The position numbers and the translations under genes are program-made. Shown in pieces: positions 60,314-64,000 of a stretch of 64,000 nt of DNA (positions are counted from its first letter, which is position 1; each line of letters starts with the position of its first letter). The stretch is from Pseudomonadota bacterium (lineage in GTDB: Bacteria > Pseudomonadota > Gammaproteobacteria > Burkholderiales > SG8-39): NCBI GenBank assembly GCA_040752005.1, contig JBFMFX010000002.1:64824-128823 (forward strand), read 5' to 3'. The notes under the pieces are model-generated. The model did not search any database and had not been told where the DNA came from. It saw only the letters and a list, made by a program, of their open reading frames with translations.

Positions 60314-61824
60314 CGCGCGAAGTAGCGCTCGAAGAAGTAACAGCCCCGCACCGGAAGCCAGGCGGGAATGCGGTAGTAGCGCCGACGCACCTCTTCGAGC
60401 ACGCCACCGCGATAGGCGGCGTAGTCGAAGCCGCGCCCCAGCACCGCGTAGAAGCGCACTCCGCGCAGCTCGATCGGCCGCACCTCGAGCGACCGGAAAT
60501 AGGGCCGGTAGTCCTGTTCCGTGGGCGGTTCGCGCCGCAGCACCGCCAGATCGCGGCCGTCATAGCGCCGCCAGTCGGTAAGGATATCGTCGTGCCGCGC
60601 GTGCGAGGAGCCGGTGCCGAATACCGGCACGTCGCCTCCGGTGTGCCAGGCGAGCAGCGCGGCGGTCGAGTAGCTGTCGGCGGCAAGCACGCTGCCGGCC
60701 GGCGCCGCCCGCGCGGCGAGTGTTCCCGCCTCGGAGAGGAGCACCAGCCCTCGGTACAGGCGCGTACCGCTCCAGGTTTCGAGCGGCAGCGCGGCGAGCG
60801 CCGCCGCCGCCGCGACGTGCAGCGCGGCGAATGCGGCGAAGAAGCGCGCCGCGCGCGCGAGCGCCGCCGGCTCCAGCGCGAGCGCAAGGCTTGCCGCGAG
60901 CGCGGGCAGAAAGCCGAGCAGCCAGTGCAGGCCGATGCGCTTGACCGGCGAGAGCGCAGCAAAAACGGCCAGAGGAACGAGCCACGCCAGAAACAGCGCG
61001 CGGCCGGCCGGCTGTGCCCACGCCGCCGCAAGCCGCCCGCGGCCGCGCCAGGCGAACCACAGGAGCGGCGCCGCGAGGTAGGCGAGCGCGGCCGCGTACA
61101 GCGCCGGCGTCGCGAGCGACCAGCCGCCGTCGTCCTGATGGCGGTTGATCGCGTTGAACATCACGTTCGCCCAGCAGGCGTTCGCGTTCCACCACAGATT
61201 GGCGAGCACCGCCGGCGCCGCGCCCGTGAGCACCAGCCCGAGCGCGCCCCAGCGGCGCGCGCTCACCGCCCAGGCGAGGTACGCGAGCCCGAGCAGCACC
61301 GCGAGGTATTTGGAGAGGAACGCGAGCCCGAGCAGCACGCCGGCGGCGAAGAAGAGAAAACCGGCACCCCGCCCTTCGTCCTCCGCTCGCGCTGCGCCGA
61401 GGGCGAATGCCGTCGCCGAGGCGGCCGCGAACACCATCAGGGGCGAATCGGTGGTGACGAGCACGTTCCAGACGTTCATCGGCGCAAGCAGCACGCACAG
61501 TGCGGCGAGGCTTGCGGTGTCCGCGTCGCGACACAGCTCGCGTGCGAGCGCCGCCCGCACGATGAGCGCCGCGGCGAGCGGCGCAAGCGTCGCCGGTAGC
61601 CTCAGGACCCACTGCGCGTCCGACACCGACAACAGCGGCGCGAGCAGCCAGCCGATCATCGGCGGATGGTCGTAGTAGCCCGCCGCCGCGTGCCGGCCCC
61701 AGAGCGCGAAATAGGCCTCGTCGGCGGTGATCGGCGCTGCCGCCGACAGCCACAACCGGAAGACGAGCGTTGCGGCCGCCGCGACCCAGAACCAGTGCCG
61801 CGGCGCGAGCGCCGCGCCGCTCAA
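60310..61824 (-). CDS. GT-C fold glycosyltransferase (family 39 / ArnT-PMT-like)
   Basis: ITADEAYFALWGRHAAAGYYDHPPM motif with many TM helices. The TTG at 61824 overlaps the aroG TGA. The tracked ORF extends to 62106 through the aroG 3' end in another frame. Confidence 0.8.
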   Translation of the reverse strand: MSGAALAPRHWFWVAAAATLVFRLWLSAAAPITADEAYFALWGRHAAAGYYDHPPMIGWLLAPLLSVSDAQWVLRLPATLAPLAAALIVRAALARELCRDADTASLAALCVLLAPMNVWNVLVTTDSPLMVFAAASATAFALGAARAEDEGRGAGFLFFAAGVLLGLAFLSKYLAVLLGLAYLAWAVSARRWGALGLVLTGAAPAVLANLWWNANACWANVMFNAINRHQDDGGWSLATPALYAAALAYLAAPLLWFAWRGRGRLAAAWAQPAGRALFLAWLVPLAVFAALSPVKRIGLHWLLGFLPALAASLALALEPAALARAARFFAAFAALHVAAAAALAALPLETWSGTRLYRGLVLLSEAGTLAARAAPAGSVLAADSYSTAALLAWHTGGDVPVFGTGSSHARHDDILTDWRRYDGRDLAVLRREPPTEQDYRPYFRSLEVRPIELRGVRFYAVLGRGFDYAAYRGGVLEEVRRRYYRIPAWLPVRGCYFFERYFAR

Positions 61825-63134
61825 GCGGTGCTCGCGCGCCGCAGCGCCTTCGCCGGGCGCGAGCCTCGCGCCGCCGGCCGCCCGCGCCCTTCGTCCTTGC
61901 GCGCTCTCCGGCGCGCGCGACTTGCGCCCTTCCCAGCCTCCTGGCGCGCGCTGCTTGCGCCCTTCCCGGTCTCCTGGCGCGCGCTGCTGGCGCCCTTTCC
62001 GACCTCCGGGTGCGCGCGGCCCATGCCCGTCTTTACCTCCCGGCGCGCACGTACGGCATCGGCCAGCACTTGCAGCACCGCGACCGAGTCCTCCCAGCCC
62101 AGGCACGCATCGGTGATGCTCTGACCGAACACCAGCGGCCGGCCCGGCTCCAGATCCTGACGGCCCTCGACGAGGTTGGACTCGATCATTGCGCCGATGA
62201 TGCAGTGCTCGCCGGAGGCGATCTGCGCCGCCACCTCGCGCGCAACGTCAATCTGGCGCCGAAACTGCTTGGCCGAGTTGGCGTGCGAGCAGTCGATCAT
62301 CAGGCGACAGGGAAGCCGCGACTTCGCCAGCTCCTCGCAGGCGGCCCTGACGCTCGCGGCGTCGTAGTTGGGCGTTCGTCCGCCGCGCAGGATGATGTGG
62401 CAGTCCTCGTTGCCGCGCGTCTCGACGATCGCCACCTGCCCGCTCTTGTGCACCGAGAGAAAATGGTGCTTCTGGCGCGCGGCGAGGATCGCGTCCACTG
62501 CGATGCGGACGTTTCCTTCGGTGCCGTTCTTGAACCCGACGGGCGCCGAGAGCCCCGAGGCAAGCTCGCGGTGCACCTGGCTCTCGGTGGTGCGGGCGCC
62601 GATCGCCCCCCAGGCGACGAGATCGCCGATGTACTGCGGCGAGATGACGTCGAGGAACTCGCAGCCGGCGGGCACCCCCATCTGGTTGATGCGCAGCAGC
62701 AGGTCGCGCGCGATCCGCAGCCCCTCGTTGATGCGGAAGCTGCCGTTCAGATACGGGTCGTTGATGAGCCCCTTCCATCCTACGGTGGTCCGCGGCTTCT
62801 CGAAGTACACCCGCATCACCACCTCCAGTTCCCCGGCATGGCGCGCGCGCTCGACGGCGAGGCGCTCGGCGTAGGCGAGCGCCGCCTGCGGCTCGTGGAT
62901 CGAGCACGGACCGATCACCACCAGCAGCCGGTCGGAAGCCCCGTGCACGATCTCGCGGATGCGGCGCCGGGTGTCGCCGACCAGGCGTTCGACCGCGGTG
63001 CCCTGGATCGGAAAAAAGCGGATCAGGTGCTCCGGCGACGGCAGCGGAACGATGTTCTCGATGCGCTCGTCGTCGGTGAGCGAGGTCCGATCTGCGGGAA
63101 TCGGCCCGAGGAAGCTGTCGGCGGCAGTGGTCAT
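61821..63134 (-). CDS. aroG: 3-deoxy-D-arabino-heptulosonate-7-phosphate synthase, class I alpha, with a 72-aa C-terminal extension
   Basis: Collinear with AroG-type enzymes (GPCSIHE, KPRTTVGWKGL, GARTTESQVHRELASGLS, IDCSHANS, ITDACLGWEDS...ADAVRARR). CAGGAG Shine-Dalgarno 6 nt before the ATG at 63134. Confidence 0.93.
   Translation of the reverse strand: MTTAADSFLGPIPADRTSLTDDERIENIVPLPSPEHLIRFFPIQGTAVERLVGDTRRRIREIVHGASDRLLVVIGPCSIHEPQAALAYAERLAVERARHAGELEVVMRVYFEKPRTTVGWKGLINDPYLNGSFRINEGLRIARDLLLRINQMGVPAGCEFLDVISPQYIGDLVAWGAIGARTTESQVHRELASGLSAPVGFKNGTEGNVRIAVDAILAARQKHHFLSVHKSGQVAIVETRGNEDCHIILRGGRTPNYDAASVRAACEELAKSRLPCRLMIDCSHANSAKQFRRQIDVAREVAAQIASGEHCIIGAMIESNLVEGRQDLEPGRPLVFGQSITDACLGWEDSVAVLQVLADAVRARREVKTGMGRAHPEVGKGASSARQETGKGASSARQEAGKGASRARRRARKDEGRGRPAARGSRPAKALRRASTA
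61921..62019. repeat. 3 x 33-bp tandem repeat inside the aroG 3' extension
   Basis: The units are 61921-61953, 61954-61986 (2 mismatches against unit 1) and 61987-62019 (more diverged). A degenerate partial unit lies at about 61896-61920. In the aroG frame the units encode EVGKGASSARQ / ETGKGASSARQ / EAGKGASRARR. Confidence 0.9.
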
Positions 63135-63146
63135 TGCGGTCTCCTG

Positions 63147-63184
63147 AAAAACAAAAACCGCCAGGCATCTCTGCGCTGGCGGTT
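63147..63184 (-). terminator. Intrinsic terminator of the aroG leader (attenuator)
   Basis: The minus strand reads AACCGCCAG cgcagagatgc CTGGCGGTT followed by TTTGTTTTT. This is a 9-bp stem with an 11-nt loop, and it abuts the aroG Shine-Dalgarno. Confidence 0.75.
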
Positions 63185-63209
63185 CTGCGGGGTCCGGTTC
63201 GGCGTGCGG

Positions 63210-63275
63210 CTATCCGCTCCCCTCCGCCAGCAGGCGGTGGAAGTAGAAGAAGAAGCCGTAGAACCAGCGCGTCAT
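63210..63275 (-). CDS. Aromatic-rich leader peptide MTRWFYGFFFYFHRLLAEGSG
   Basis: A 21-codon ORF on the aroG strand, 25 nt upstream of the terminator stem. Codons 4-12 are W F Y G F F F Y F. Confidence 0.7.
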   Translation of the reverse strand: MTRWFYGFFFYFHRLLAEGSG

Positions 63276-63496
63276 GGCCGCGATTCAAGCACGGAAACGC
63301 CGGCCTGTCCACTTCGGCCGCCCCCCCCAGGGGCGCCGGGACGGGCAGCCGCCCCGCCGCCGGACGTCGCCGCGGCCTCGCGCACCCCGAGGCGCCGCGG
63401 CCGGCAGCGCACGCGTCGCGCGGAATTTGCGGGGGTGGAGGCGGCGTGCTAATTTTTTTGCGTCCTCGGACGATAGTAGAGGTAAAGGAGTTCGAC

Positions 63497-64000
63497 ATGC
63501 CGGCCGGTACGCTCGTACCCGCGCGCACCCCCGCCATCCCTGTGGCGGGCTTCAAGGACGTCTACGACGTCGCCGCCGTGGAGAAGGCGCTTGCCGAGCT
63601 GCCGCAGAGCGCGAACGAGGCGCTGCGCGCGCTCTACGAGAAGATGCTGCGCCTGGGCGGGCAACGGTTCACCGTCAAGCCCTCGGCGCTGCCCGAGATG
63701 GACAGCCTGTTCGAGGACCTGCCGAACTTCTCCGAGGTGCTGGAGGAGATCCGGCGCCAGCTCGCGCTGTGCATTGACTCGAGCGACCCGGTCGAGCTGC
63801 CGCCGATCCTGCTGCTCGGCGAACCCGGCATCGGCAAGACGCACTTCGCGCAACGCGTGGCCGAGCTGATCGGCACCGGTTGCGGCTTCGTGCCGATGAG
63901 CTCGCTCACCGCCGGCTGGATCCTGTCGGGGGCGTCCTCGCAGTGGAAGAACGCAAAACCGGGCAAGGTGTTCGAGACGTTCCTGAACGGCGAGTACGCC
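63497..64000 (+). CDS. AAA+ ATPase, Lon-like nucleotide-binding module (3' end outside the window)
   Basis: ATG preceded by AAAGGAG. Walker A LLLGEPGIGKTHFA. The downstream segment SSLTAGWILSGASSQWKNAKPGKVFE resembles the Lon ATPase region. The frame is open to the window end. Confidence 0.6.
   Translation, partial: MPAGTLVPARTPAIPVAGFKDVYDVAAVEKALAELPQSANEALRALYEKMLRLGGQRFTVKPSALPEMDSLFEDLPNFSEVLEEIRRQLALCIDSSDPVELPPILLLGEPGIGKTHFAQRVAELIGTGCGFVPMSSLTAGWILSGASSQWKNAKPGKVFETFLNGEYA

Noticed and set aside
61821-63134. The idea that the DAHP-synthase-like gene in the glycosylation operon might be a sugar-acid (KDO8P-like) synthase rather than true AroG.
   Set aside because: The protein is collinear with class I-alpha AroG-type enzymes throughout. 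It is also preceded by a Phe/Tyr/Trp-rich leader peptide attenuator, which argues for a genuine aromatic-biosynthesis role.
63497-64000. A Lon-like AAA+ ATPase at the window edge as part of a phage-defence system (for example a BrxL-like protein).
   Set aside because: Only 168 N-terminal codons are visible, with a Walker A motif. No partner genes are in view. The evidence is insufficient for anything beyond an AAA+ call.

Overview
High-GC (roughly 68-70%) chromosomal core region, most likely from a betaproteobacterium. That placement is an inference from gene content and order: rpsT/murJ/DUF3579, exbBD-lpxK-ycaR-kdsB-adk, and several Bug/TctC binding proteins. I support about 66 protein-coding genes, packed tightly with many 4-nt start/stop overlaps. 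Recognisable blocks are: a pilY1 3' end; ribF-ileS-lspA-ispH; murJ/rpsT; an arginine cluster (PLP decarboxylase, argD, argF, argG); pcm-folE2-dxs-ispA-xseB; queG/tsaE-amiC/mutL-miaA; ggt-hppA; adk-kdsB-ycaR-lpxK-exbDB; xseA; and a tctBAC transporter. I found no rRNA, tRNA, CRISPR array, IS element or prophage. Several gene starts had to be re-derived from homology because the six-frame track fuses genes with upstream open frame. The most interesting observations are these. (1) An aromatic-residue leader peptide (MTRWFYGFFFYFHRLLAEGSG) with terminator/antiterminator structures lies directly upstream of DAHP synthase. (2) That aroG carries a tandem-repeat C-terminal tail and is translationally coupled to a seven-gene predicted polyprenyl-phosphate-dependent envelope glycosylation module of unknown product (GT-C, UbiA/DPPR-synthase-like, cNMP-binding protein, DedA-flavoprotein fusion, GT2, DUF2064, DUF3047). 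(3) A split three-gene HgdC/BcrAD-type ATP-dependent activase module of unknown substrate sits next to two orphan Bug binding proteins. (4) In several essential genes (murJ, lpxK, kdsB, possibly amiC) the homology-defined N-terminus can only be reached from a CTG codon. (5) A compact trio of DnaA boxes lies in an unusually AT-rich intergenic region. All functional calls rest on my own recognition of protein families and motifs. No database search was run.
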